Origin: Zancudomyces culisetae HAW-14-8
Taxonomy: Eukaryota; Fungi; Kickxellomycota
Direction: 5' to 3'
Length of the DNA: 64,000 bases
Assembly (NCBI GenBank): GCA_052426225.1
Contig: JBNJNM010000023.1
Span: 558,001 to 622,000 of the forward strand
Shown here: piece by piece, positions 49,413 through 61,271 of the stretch
Layout of the letters: each line of letters starts with the position of its first letter
Numbering within the stretch: position 1 is the first letter of the stretch
Made by a program: the position numbers and the translations under genes
Notes under the pieces: model-generated
What the model was told of the DNA's origin: nothing
The model's input: only the letters and a program-made list of their open reading frames with translations
Databases searched by the model: none

Positions 49413-50078
49413 TAGCCCTGGTTGGGTCCAGTATGATAAATTAATTGTTTAAAAAAAGAAAGCTGATACTGAACTTGTAACATTCAAAAGGTGCACCTTT
49501 CTCGTGCCTAATTGAAACAAGGAATGATATTCGTAATATTTAGCGGGTAGCCTCTTAGGCCCCATTGTAGTTTATTTTTATATAGTCATTTGGCTAATAA
49601 TATGTTAGCATTAATACGTAACCATATGTTATTGGAATGACAATAAATAATATGTAATTGAAATCTAAAAGAATTGCCACAAGTTTTCAAACCTCAAGAA
49701 AGAGTTGAAAGTAAGAACATGTTTCAGGAGTCTGATTTCTTTGCCTATTTTGATACACAAAATTGGTATGGGTGTGACTTCAACTAGAGAAATGGCGGAC
49801 CTTTGCGCAGGTACTTTAGATCTTCTCATTTTATTATTCTATAGTAATCGCTCTCCCATTCTCTCCCCAGTTCGTATTGAATATCAGTAGTATTACCTGG
49901 GCTATTCATATTTAAAATCACTGCTACCATTGATGCCATTTTTAATACTTTTTCAATTTGATAGCCTTTGTATACAATCTGGTGTGAGAAATAAACTCGC
50001 TACTATAATTACTTGGGGGTCGTCAAAATAACAAAGTAAAAAAAATTAGGAAAAAAAATACAAATGTGAAAAGGCTGA

Positions 50079-50699
50079 TCACACCTCTTCTGCAGCCGCA
50101 TACTCAGCCAAAACCTCTTCGCACTCTTTTAGTAAAGCATCCTTTTCATCTAATTTTTCCTGCAGCACTTTGTTAGCTTTGCATACATCGGTGAAATCTT
50201 CAAGTGGTACTCTATTCTCGATCATTTCCTGTAGTTTATTTTTTGTGGTATCCAGCTCTTGTTGAGTGGCCTTGTACTTTTTAGTTATTGTGTCTATGTA
50301 TTGGTTTTTTTCTTTTAGCTCATCCTTCAACTTGGTTATTTTCGTCCGTAGGCTTTCGTTTTCGCTCTTGTAATTATGCATTTTACTGGTGGCAAGTTGT
50401 TCAGATTTGGCGTTAAGAAGTATATCAAGTCCATCATTTGGATTCATGGAAACTGATTTGTCGAATTTCTTTGTGTCTGTAGAGGCGAGTATCTTTGTAA
50501 TCGGAGTTTCGAAATTTGATTTTTTGATTACCTCAGATTTCTGTTTGATAGTTTTGATTGTAAATGGTTAAAACTAATCCAACAATATATACAAGAAAAA
50601 AAAACAAAAAACATATAAAAAGGTGTATTTATAAAAATAATGGCTTACCATTTTGTTGTGAAGTTTGGAGTATGGTGTTACCTGCGAATTTTCGTCCAT
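50079..50699 (-). CDS. Coiled-coil hypothetical protein, probably 2 exons
   Basis: Short exon MDENSQVTPYSKLHNKM then GTAAGC, followed by a long heptad-rich K/E ORF. The acceptor is uncertain, likely the CAG near 50541. Confidence 0.65.
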
Positions 50700-51287
50700 T
50701 TCTTTTGCAATGAGAAAAAAGAGTATTGGTGTTGGTTATGGTTATAATATCTGTTTTATATTTACAGGGATTTAGTTTTGTATAGGCTTGAATAGAATTT
50801 CTTTACGCTAACACCTTTTTTGCTTTTTATATACTGTGTTCGATGGAGGTATAAGGGACTAAATCGTTTGTAGCTTGTACTCTTTTATTTTATTTACTTT
50901 AATTTATTTTTGGACAATAATATATTTTCGTAAATATGGAAAAATGCTGGTATTAAGAATTTTTTAATCGCGTCTATTTGCCGGGTATGTTTACAAATTT
51001 ATTTGAGCACTGCTCATTAGCTTACTAAACGCCAATCAATTGTCTGTATAATTATCGACCAATTTATCATAAAGTTCCTTGTATAAAATCATAATAGTGC
51101 TAAAAATTCTGGGTAAATTGCCAAAAAAAACTCGATTTGGAGAAATATTAGTAGTAAAAAGGCAAAGTTTTTATATCTTTTGACTTTCTTGGAAATATAA
51201 ATCATATTTCACATTCCAGGGTTGGGTATATTTAGAAGCGTAAATACGAAATATTCAAGTGGCAGTAGTCGGAAATTCTGGATAATC

Positions 51288-51679
51288 ATGACTCCAAAGC
51301 AAGAGAACAACAATTCGATTTTCAAAAGAGGATCAACACCTCTGTTTAAATTGGTGAATCCGGAGGTATGTTACTACTATATTTTCTTTTGATGATTTAT
51401 TCCTCAAAGTAGGTATTTCTATTTACAAATTATCTGAGTTTACATTTAATCATTAAATGTGACAAACATAAACTGAATGAATCACTGGTATAGCTATTCT
51501 TTTCACCCAAAAAACTAGTGTATGTGCCTGGAACTCTAATATTTGTTGGGCTAATTGGATATCTCGTTTATAACGATCGATTCAGCAGTACAGCGACTAG
51601 TTATAAGGCCGAATCCTCGGAGCCCAAAAAGATTCAGAGCTACCAAGAGCGCCTCCAGGATTTATCTGGCAGAAAATGA
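51288..51679 (+). CDS. SMIM8: SMIM8/DUF4500-like small single-pass membrane protein (87 aa), 2 exons (intron 51366-51493); absent from the ORF track
   Basis: Spliced MTPK...STPLFKLVNPE|LFFSPKKLVYVPGTLIFVGLIGYLVY... matches the F+.VNPELF..P motif plus TM helix of SMIM8. GTATGT...TAG, phase 0. Confidence 0.75.
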
Positions 51680-52532
51680 GTATCTAGTGCAGAAGACGGA
51701 GCAAATTACGCTGCATAACCGTGGATAGTATACTTAGAGCTTGGGGTCATAGCTGGAACACTCATCCTGCTAACAACCTAAAACAGTCTTATAGTTTAAT
51801 ATATGTATAGAATTCGCTAGAGTTTAGATAACGGGAACCACTTGGCAGTGCAAATATAACTTATTCATTATCTACATCTTATTACTGCAAAAGTCTATGC
51901 TACATGTTGAAATTCAGCACACCAAGATCGAGTACTAGAGAATAGCATTTTTTTTGGCTCTGTACTTGGATTAAGCAAAGTTAAACGCAGATGTTTATAC
52001 AGGGGGCGACGGAAAAATAAATAAATAAATAAAAGTGCATTGTGATGGTTGCCATTTGTTGTGTATTCTGGTCAGATGCTGATCGAACATGCCCCATAGT
52101 TAAACACCCTGGTTTATGTACATGCCGATGGTTTAGCTTGTGTTTTTTCTTGTGCCATCTCCGTCAAAGTGTATAAAGAGAATAAGAATTTTTTATTCAA
52201 GTATATACAGGTTTTTCAAATAGAGTTTGCTAACAGCTTTTGATTTCCAAATTTCAAGCATGTGAAAATATGATGATAAACGCGTAATGAATGGTAAGTG
52301 TTTGTTTGGTGAAACGCACAGCCAAATAATTGGCGTACTTACAACCCAATAAAATCGCAATGATAAGGTGGGGTAAGAATGCAAATCAGGAGGTTGTCAT
52401 TTAGAGTGTTACCAATTCTCAGCCAACTACAAAAAAAAACCCAGATACAGGGTTTGGGAGGGGATTGCAAGCATTTTTTTTATAGTGATTCACAGCTTAA
52501 TCGAATGAGGTTCTTACGATAATGGAGTAGTT

Positions 52533-52596
52533 AGATAGTGAGATAGTGAGATAGTGAGATAGTGAGATAGTGAGATAGCGAGATAGCGAGATTGTG
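52533..52596. repeat. 8-bp tandem repeat (AGATAGTG)x8, degenerating to AGATAGCG/AGATTGTG
   Basis: Read directly; seven units contain a WGATAR core. Confidence 0.9.
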
Positions 52597-53672
52597 GGAG
52601 GATGAGGTAATGGGATAGCAGAATTGGGTGAAGAAGTTAGTGGGATGAGGGATGGAGTAAAAGTAAAAGTAAGATTAAAGATTAAAGAGCAAAGAATAAA
52701 ATATTTTGTTACATGTTGGGTTTGGCAATGCCAGTGTCAAACTAGACAAGTCTTGCGGTTATTAACTCTTTTTTATCTTATTGGAAATGAAGGTCTGCTG
52801 ATATTAATACAGAAAAGCAATACCGGTGTTATATCAGAGATAATATTATCAGTGAAGAATACAAGGGGATAGCAAAGGGAGGCACTACTGGATTTGCTAT
52901 ATGTATTTTCCATTCAACTATGCGTTTACAAACAAAATTGTCAAAGTGTGAATCCTTCTTGGATGAAGTAAAGGTAGTAGCAATAAAAAAAACCTTTTTT
53001 TTAGGTTAACCCCATTTTTTTTGCTAATACTTTTGTGTGTCTATTTTGCATTCTGGTGGTCAAAGTACTAAAATGAGATATGGTCTGGGATACTGCCAGA
53101 GCAGAATTATTTATTTAATTTTTTACATAATTTCATGTATGCCTCTAAATATGATATGCTCTTGCCATGTAATTACGGGAAAAAAAATGTGAAACGTGCA
53201 TTTTGAAACTGAAAAATATAAAAAATGAGATTCGGATAGAAAAAACGGAAATGAACCATTAAACAGAACTAAAATTGGCTTAACAGAGCAAGATCAGCTC
53301 GAATAAACAACCTCTTAAATTAGCAATAAAGAAAATCAATCGCAGTGATTGGAAAATAATAGAAAGGGGGGAGATAACCAGAAGTAAAAAAAAAATTAAA
53401 AAGAGTTGTATTTTGTGTCCAAGTCTATTTTGAGCAAAAAAAACTAAAAAAGAAACATATATAACCTTAGTCTACTTTTTCTGTTTTTGCCATTTTTGTT
53501 TTACATTATCGATTTTGGTCCTTAAACTAGTTTGTGAACGATAATCCGCTGTTCAACTTGTGGTTATTATAGAAGCTACATATCGTAATATCCTCTTTCT
53601 GGAATATAAAGAGAATCTTTGAAAGAGTAGAGTACAGGAAAAAAAGATAGAGATATTTATCGATAGTAATAA

Positions 53673-55773
53673 ATGGGTGCAAATAGCAAGGACATTAAAC
53701 AGTTGATTTCAGGCACAAATAAACTATTGAGAAACTTGAAGGTAAAGCAAATGTATAAAAATATACTGCGAGGTACTCACAATTAAATTGCTACGAGGGC
53801 GATTTGGTTGTACCCACAAACACTATGGCTATACAAAACGTTGGAGAGAGGAAAACAGTATTTAAATATGCTAATACATAAACAAATAGAATAACAGTAA
53901 GCCCGTAGAAAGAGTGTTTTCAACAATGGCACCAGTTAAAAATACAAACACAACCACCCCACAGGCTGGGTTCAAACCAGCGATGAAGGGTAAATTGTAC
54001 GCAAGCCAAGCACAGCTTCCAAAGCTTCCAGTTCCAAAGCTGGAAGACACAATCCCAAAATATTTGCGAACAATTGAGCCATTTTTGACAAAGGAAGAGC
54101 TGGAAAACAGCAAACAAGCAGTACAAGAGTTTGTCAGCACAGGCGTAGCAAATGAGCTTCAAAAAAGGTTGGAAGCACGTGCAGCAGAACATCAAGATAG
54201 CAGCTGGCTGTATGAGTGGTGGAATGAGTATGCATACCTCGGATATAGAGACCCGGTAGTACCATACGTGAGCTACTACTATGGATACAAGGATGACTAC
54301 CGGTTTGTTGACTCGCTTGCACGAGCCGCATCAATGGTTAGTGCTGGAGTAGAGTTTTGGAAATCCGCGGTGGACGAGAGTTTGGAGCCGGAAAAAATCA
54401 AGGGTGCGCCGTTGTGCAGCATTTCGTACCAGTACATGTTCAATACATGCCGAATTCCCAAGATCCCAAGCGATTATCCAGCACAGTACGATCCACTACA
54501 AAACCAAAAGATTACCGTCGCAAGAAATGGCATCTTTTTCACACTGCCTATTATCCATGATGGAAAATACTTGACCAGAGCAGAGATCTACAACCAACTC
54601 GCCAGAATCGTCGAGAAGGCAGATGGCATGGTTGCACCACAGGTTGGAATTCTTTCAAGCGACAATCGTGACAACTGGGCACAAAACCGCGATCTGCTAA
54701 TTCAGGGTTCAGAAATCAATCGCGCAAATCTGGCCGACATTGAGAGTTCAATTTTCCTTCTATGTTTAGACAGCGACAAACCAGTTACACAGACCGAGTT
54801 CAGTCGACGACTATGGCATGGAAATTATGGTTTTAACCGCTTTTTTGACAAACCATGTCAGTTTATCGTGTTTGACAATGGAAAGGCCGGGTTCATGGGC
54901 GAACACTCAATGATGGATGGCACTCCAACATTGCGTTTCAATGACTATGTATCCTCCAACATCGATTCTTCTCCCATTGACTTGTCGCCAATTAGAACTG
55001 ATCTTCCTGCCGCCAAGCCATTAATCTTTGAAACTAACGCCAAGATAGTTCGAGCAATGACCGACGCTCAGGCTCGTTTCAAGGCCGAGATTGATAAACA
55101 ACAGCTCAGCTCAGTCATGTTCCATGGTTACGGTAAACAGATTATCTCAAAAACATTTGGTATTAGTCCCGATGCCTACGCCCAAATGCTAATCCAGCTA
55201 GCCTATTACAAACTGCATCGCCGTTTTGTTGGAACTTATGAACCTGCTCAAACAAGAAAGTTTTTGTGTGGTCGTACTGAGGCTGGCCGCGTCGTATCAA
55301 ATGAATCTGTAGCCTGGGTTAAATCTATGCTTGATCCTTCAGTGCCAAACGCCGAGCGTGCTCGTTTGCTTACCCTTGCCACTGGTGCTCACGCCAAATA
55401 TCTCTCCGAAGCTGGAAATGGCCAAGGCGTTGACCGTCATCTCTTCGGTCTCAAGCAGCTCCTTAAACAGGACGAAAAAACTCCCTCTATTTTCACTGAT
55501 CCCGCCTACAAATTCACCTCTACCTGGGCAATCTCCACTTCAAACCTCTCTAACGAATACTTCACCTCGTGGGGATGGGGCGAAGTCGTTCCCCATGGCT
55601 ACGGTGTCGCATATTCTGTAAACAAAGACGAACTCATGTACAATGTCACCTGTCAAACAAACGAACACAACCTAAACGCTGCTAATCTTGCTCAATGTCT
55701 TGTCGATGCGGCTGTTCAGACAAAGGCTGTATTAACGGCTGTTGCCCTTGAAAAGACAAAGGCAAAGCTTTGA
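53673..55773 (+). CDS. CAT2: Carnitine O-acetyltransferase with PTS1 (AKL); probable upstream exon 53673-53741 adding a presequence, short form from ATG 53926
   Basis: LPKLPVP.LEDT..KYL, WL.EWW...AYL.YR.P, NRFFDK..QF, catalytic EHSMMDG, SPDAYAQ..IQLAY, TYEPA..R.F..GRTE, GQGVDRHL.GL, STS, GWG.V...GYG. Ends AKL*. Confidence 0.96.
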
Positions 55774-56776
55774 TTTGTCACCCTTTATTTTTATTCCAGT
55801 CTTTTTTTTTCGTAGCATTAAATAAAAGTATGATCACTACATAACCACTTTCTTGATTTTACCACGAGCATGGTTTGCGGATGAAATGTTTTTAGGATTG
55901 AGCCAGCTGCATGCGAATTGGAACGAACCCTGAAAGAGAAGTGAAGCAGGTGTATAATTAACCTGCGCCATAACTGGCGATTAGCCCAAGTCTATGCAGT
56001 AAAACCTCACTAAAGACACACATGTTTTTTCATGAAGGGAGTACTATCTAGTATTGGGATTATTCACTACATCATGTATATTTAGATAAGACAAGTATCG
56101 ATCAAGTGTGTTGTGTTAATTGACTATCATGCTTACGTTGGAGTGTTTAGCATATATCATACCACTTGGATAGGGTGTCTCTTGGCAGATAAACCCAAAG
56201 ACCGAGAAAAACAGTTCATCTTTTACAACTACCAATCATGAGAGGCCTAAAGATTGCCAGTACACTATTTAGCAGATCTATTCTTTTTTGGTTATTTTTT
56301 ATTTGCTCTAAGAAATGAATATTATATGGCTTTCGGTTTTGATGATCCTCAAGATGTATTTTCCCCTTGACTTGGCACCTAATTTTGGTTAGATGTTTGT
56401 ATATCCAACAAACATTCAGTATAATCTACCTACATTACCCTCAAATAATCTACAAAGATGAATATTTTACAATCTACACCAAATATTTCTTGGGGTTGAG
56501 ATTTGATTGCTTGAAAATACAAAGAAAAATCCATTCCAGTATTTCTGATTGCACAAAAATAAAGATGGTAAATACAATATTCAACAGTGTTTATGGTTTC
56601 ATCAAGTTTTATTCTTTTCCATTTTTAATCAGCAATGAGATATAGATGGATTCCTTTAGTGGTTATTTAGGAAATGGTATATAAACGAACAACTTTTTCA
56701 TCATTAAAATACATAATTACACTTAATTTTATCTCCTTTTAATAATTGACAAACACAAGGCTAAATTATAATAACA

Positions 56777-57715
56777 ATGAAATTGAACAGGAAATAACTT
56801 TTCAAACACATCGCAACAGCTCTATCACTTGAGGTATTGCTGGTGTACATGTTTCCTCAGGTGAAAATGCAGACACAAATACTGGCATATCACAGAGCGG
56901 AGTGAATAACCTCAATAGCAGTAACTACAACTAGTTGCCTCTTAGACAAGGAAGGCAAGTTAGTGCAAGATTCTAACAAAATCCATATTTCCATTGAAAT
57001 TGAAACAACAAAACACAGTCGCAGTATTACATATTCAGCACTTATCGTACATGTTCATCCCTAGTTTTCTCCCAAGTCATTGGTAAATGGCATTGCAATT
57101 ATTGAATTAAGATATCCAATATCAAAGGATGTTGTTACGCCAGTAGCGATATACAGTGGAAACGTAGCGGATGATATGGATTTGGTCACAGCAGGTTGAG
57201 GTTTTACTTTGGCTGAAATAACAGGTTCATCTAATAATAAACTAAACACAGCTATAATACCACCTTCTTCTTCAAGTGTTTGTAAAGACGCCAATGCTGT
57301 CTGGTCAGATAACAACAAAAATATTGTTTGTACACTAGTAAATGATGGCAAGTGTTTGGGAAATAAAGATGGTGGAAGTCTCTTGACGTACATGAATAGC
57401 CGAGTTAATTTACTTGTTGGTGTTGCGAGCAATACAGGTAGATCTGAGAGTGGTGCTGATATTCGTCCAGAAAATGCTGTGACGAATTATTATACCCATG
57501 TATACAGCTACATTGACTGAATTGTAAATGTCACAGGACTTGAAAAGTCGTACTTATTAAATACAACTGCACGATTCTCGCCAGATTACTCAACTATTAC
57601 TGATATACAGACTTATAACGAATGGTACTCTACTATTTTCTCATCAGCTATTTTGCAAAATACCGGATTCTCATTAATGATGTTCCTATCATTGGTATTA
57701 GTTTTAGTGTTATAG
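56777..57715 (+). pseudogene. Trypsin-fold (S1) protease-homolog pseudogene with a hydrophobic C-terminal (GPI/TM-like) tail
   Basis: One frame reads VTTTSCL...HVHP*F....LVNGIAIIEL...PVAIYSG....LVTAG*G...C....KDGGSLL...LVGVAS...YTHVYSYID*I...FSLMMFLSLVLVLVL*. Stops at 57062, 57197 and 57518. Catalytic His/Asp/Ser positions are degenerate and the 5' part is frameshifted. Confidence 0.8.
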
Positions 57716-57931
57716 AGATTTTAATGACTTTCTTGACCTATTTATTGTTGTTATGTAAATTTTTTTATTAAAATAAACATAGACTTGTGATGTTGGTGGC
57801 ACGTCTTAATCTATGTGTTATAACAACTGAAGAATGAATTAATATTTTCTTCCTAATATAATACTTTGTGCCTCACTATATTGATATTGTTTGAACATAA
57901 AAATGGGTAGTGAGATGATTGTAAAAGATGG

Positions 57932-58270
57932 ATGATATTATTAAAAATAAAATTGATAAAGTGTTTACAGACTAAAAGATATGATGCATCTACTCTTCTG
58001 AACCGAATCGAACATACGCACAGCCCACGCCGTTCAACACACAACCTTTCTTTCCCTAATAATTTGTTTTTTCTCAGAACCAACGCAAATTGGGTATTTT
58101 TACCCTGGAGGGATGGAGGGAGTTGGTTAGACAATATTGTGAAGGAATGTTTTAGATCAGAATCCCAATATCAAAGAAATGCTGAGCGACTATCAAATTT
58201 TTGACTGATAGAAAAATACATATATAATGGAATTACTAAAAGGAAAAAAATAATGATACTTGGGAGTTCG
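57932..58270 (+). mobile_element. Possible decayed non-LTR RT fragment
   Basis: VFLPWRDGGSWLDNI resembles the LYLPRxxGGRGLxxI motif of non-LTR RT thumb regions; no other support. Confidence 0.25.
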
Positions 58271-58618
58271 GCTAATTCAATTTCTAACCAAGATAGGATT
58301 AAAACAATCCGTATATAGATCAACAATAATATTTTTACACCTACACAACCTCAACCTTTTAATGAGCTAATAGTGTATAATATAACATGTTAATAAAAAT
58401 TGAAAACTCAAATCATATCGAGCTATGAGGACAACAACAAGATATGAAATACATTCTTTTCTGATATATTATAATAAAAGTTATCGTGGTTTTTCTCGGG
58501 ACCTTGATGATTATTCTTAGCGCTTTCTTCATTTAATAAGTGTGCATCTTTCAATAATATGAGAAAGTTACTTCTTTTTTGGTTATTAGCAAATTCATCT
58601 TGAAACCCAAGCAAAAGC

Positions 58619-58898
58619 ATAAATTACTGGACTGGAGTTGGGCCAATAGTTATGATTTGATTATAAATCCTAGACAATATCCGGCAGTTTGAAAATCTAT
58701 AATTTTTTTCAAATTACGCAGCAAATAGCTACACTAACTGGTGCGCAATAATTGGATAAATAGATCAAAAAAAATCAGGAAAATAGTATAAAACCATCAT
58801 GGTTCTACCTTTCAAGGTTGTTGATTTTATTGCCCATTATTACACTAAAGATCATACTAAACTCAACCATAAGAAATAGTAATAATCCAACTTACGAC
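58619..58898 (+). promoter_or_regulatory. Conserved upstream blocks shared with 6960-7241 (promoter footprint of the ankyrin family)
   Basis: Four identical blocks of 16, 19, 22 and 18 nt in the same order in both paralogs, separated by diverged spacers. One block includes the TATA-like AGTATA. Confidence 0.7.
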
Positions 58899-58901
58899 GC
58901 G

Positions 58902-61271
58902 ATGAATATCTCAAAAAATTACAACAGCCTTTTCAACGTACTTCCAGAAAATATTTTGTCAAAAATATTTGTACTTGCCCAAAACCCCCATTTATCACTA
59001 TTGAACAAAAGCATATACAAAGCCTCGCAACAGGTGGAAACTATTAGCAAGTATATATCTAAAAACGTCCTGTTAAATACAGAGTATAACTTGGGGTGGA
59101 CGTTGAGAAATGTATTTGATAAATACATCAGGATAAACACGAATGAAAAAGTTGGAACACTAGTCTTGAGAAATATCAAGAATCTGAAGTACGAAACAGC
59201 TTTAGAGCTAGCATTCAAGTATAGGTGGAGAAATGTACTAAGTAAGCTACTAAAGATGTATGTAGTGATTGATAAGAGTACTTCAGCGGTTGTATATAAG
59301 GGTACTCTATTTATGAACGAGGGTGAGTACCTAGATATTGACACTGGAGAATTGTTTTCGGATAATAGCGGATGGCGAATGGGGGAAACAGACATCAGGG
59401 TTTCTGATTCTATTTATATCAGGCCAATAATAACCAACATCGACGCATCAGACATTTTATTATTTGACATTTATGGTGTCGCTGGCGAAAGTGATATCGA
59501 AATGCTAATGGATATCTGCAACACCAAGTTTGAGTTTCCCCCAGATTTAAGTGGTTTAGAAAGAAGAGATATTAGATGCATTAATAAAAAATTTATGGTA
59601 TACTGCTTGCTGATGATTATACGCGAAATCTGCAAATTGAACGATCTTGAATGGCTAAAAAGAATTTTGGACTTCGAAATAAATGTCGATTTTCCTTTTC
59701 AGGAAATAGAGCAGATTACGGACGTTGGATGGATGCCGATAGATAATGCATTAACTGAATTTGTATGGGATTACGAGTACACTGATAGAACAGATCTGTT
59801 TAATTATACATTTTGTGTATACTATTCAATTAGGTTGAATAGAAAAGAATTGATAAATTTTCTTGAGGAGAACTATTCTAGTGGTAGACACGCACAGATA
59901 TTTTTCGATATAGCCTTATTTTACAGCAGAGAGAGTTTGTTTAAGAAATATTTTTTCAAAGTCGAGTTAAACGCTGAAAATATTAGAAAAGTGACAATAA
60001 TGGCATATGCTAGTAGTAATGTCGATGCTATTAAGTTTCTTTTAAACAACAGCGATAAATTCGTGGGGGAATTAGATGAACATGCATTGATAATGGCTAT
60101 AAAATTGAAAGAATACGAACTGGTGCAAGAAATCATCAATAAGCATCCAAATACTGCAAGTGTATATTGTTTGAATGAATCGGTAAGAATCGAGGATATC
60201 AGAATTATCAAACTACTTATCGAAGCTGGGATGGATTTAAAATCTAATGAATTCAAGGGAGTGAATATTTCTATAGAAAGAAATGATATAGATATGCTAA
60301 GGTTATTTTTGGAAAATGGTGCTTCAGTTGAACTAGCAGCTCAACATGCTATTAAGAGGCTATGTAGTATTAAAAATTGTGAAATAGCAAAACGACTATT
60401 AGAGCTTTCACGTGTAGATAAGAATAGTATTGAAGTTGAAACTTCAAAATCAGAGGAAAGAGTTGGGACGCAATTGAAATTTAACAAAACAATGTTGTGT
60501 CTTATTGAAGTTTGTCAGTCCTATGATCCATTTCGTCTTGATGACAATGTTGAGTGTGATGAGTTTCTTAACCATATGAATCTATATGAGAAAGTGATAG
60601 CGATTGTTAACTCGAAAAAAAAAGACATTACCGATGTTTTTCCTTCATATCACACCTATGTTTCGTTTAAGGATTTGAAAAGCATTACCTCAAGGAATTA
60701 TTATGTTAAATTGGTCGAAATTATTGAATATATTGTTGATAATTACCTTCAAAACACATTGAAACACATTGAATACAATGAATTAGGCAACTCAGGATGC
60801 GGAGATGTAGAGATACTCAATGATAGACACTATGATATCGTAAAATCCGATTTGGCCAACCAAAACTTTGAAATGTTAAAGCTATTGATAGAATATGGAA
60901 TGGATATTAATTCATACGATAGTCTAATTTTAAGAACAGCATACAAAGCAGGTGATATTGGCTGGATTAATTACTTTATTAGTAAAGGTGCAAAGTTTAG
61001 CAAAGAATCAGATGGGTTAGAAGAGGCGTGTAAATCAGATAAGGTTGTGGTGTTGGAACATTGGATAAGAAATGGTGGTGTGGTGCCCAAGAATCCAGAA
61101 TATCCTTGCATTAACATGGCATGTTCGCTGGGTAATTTTGATATGGTCAAATTGTTGGTGGAAAGTGGAGTTGACATTAGTGATCCAGAACGTAATGGAG
61201 TTAGGATTTCGTGTAGACTGGGACTCTGGAGAATATTAGATTATCTTATTTTAGCTGTAACTGTCAAATAA
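58902..61271 (+). CDS. F-box-like/ankyrin-repeat protein (789 aa from ATG 58902), C-terminally truncated relative to its paralog
   Basis: N-terminal LFNVLPENILSKIFV (F-box-like) and many ankyrin-like units. Colinear with the pseudogene at 3576-6956 up to ~61249, then diverges and stops, while the paralog continues for several more repeats. Confidence 0.85.
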   Translation: MNISKNYNSLFNVLPENILSKIFVLAQNPHLSLLNKSIYKASQQVETISKYISKNVLLNTEYNLGWTLRNVFDKYIRINTNEKVGTLVLRNIKNLKYETALELAFKYRWRNVLSKLLKMYVVIDKSTSAVVYKGTLFMNEGEYLDIDTGELFSDNSGWRMGETDIRVSDSIYIRPIITNIDASDILLFDIYGVAGESDIEMLMDICNTKFEFPPDLSGLERRDIRCINKKFMVYCLLMIIREICKLNDLEWLKRILDFEINVDFPFQEIEQITDVGWMPIDNALTEFVWDYEYTDRTDLFNYTFCVYYSIRLNRKELINFLEENYSSGRHAQIFFDIALFYSRESLFKKYFFKVELNAENIRKVTIMAYASSNVDAIKFLLNNSDKFVGELDEHALIMAIKLKEYELVQEIINKHPNTASVYCLNESVRIEDIRIIKLLIEAGMDLKSNEFKGVNISIERNDIDMLRLFLENGASVELAAQHAIKRLCSIKNCEIAKRLLELSRVDKNSIEVETSKSEERVGTQLKFNKTMLCLIEVCQSYDPFRLDDNVECDEFLNHMNLYEKVIAIVNSKKKDITDVFPSYHTYVSFKDLKSITSRNYYVKLVEIIEYIVDNYLQNTLKHIEYNELGNSGCGDVEILNDRHYDIVKSDLANQNFEMLKLLIEYGMDINSYDSLILRTAYKAGDIGWINYFISKGAKFSKESDGLEEACKSDKVVVLEHWIRNGGVVPKNPEYPCINMACSLGNFDMVKLLVESGVDISDPERNGVRISCRLGLWRILDYLILAVTVK

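Noticed and set aside
52533-52596. Tandem repeats as a CRISPR array or telomeric seed
   Set aside because: No spacers, eukaryotic context, and the unit does not resemble a recognised telomere repeat.
57197-57520. TGA at conserved Trp positions, suggesting a UGA=Trp genetic code
   Set aside because: TGA is a real stop here (after PTS1 AKL at 55771, SMIM8-like, Gypsy pol), and intact genes use TGG. The affected gene has other lesions, and the LINE remnant shows a similar apparent TGG-to-TGA decay.
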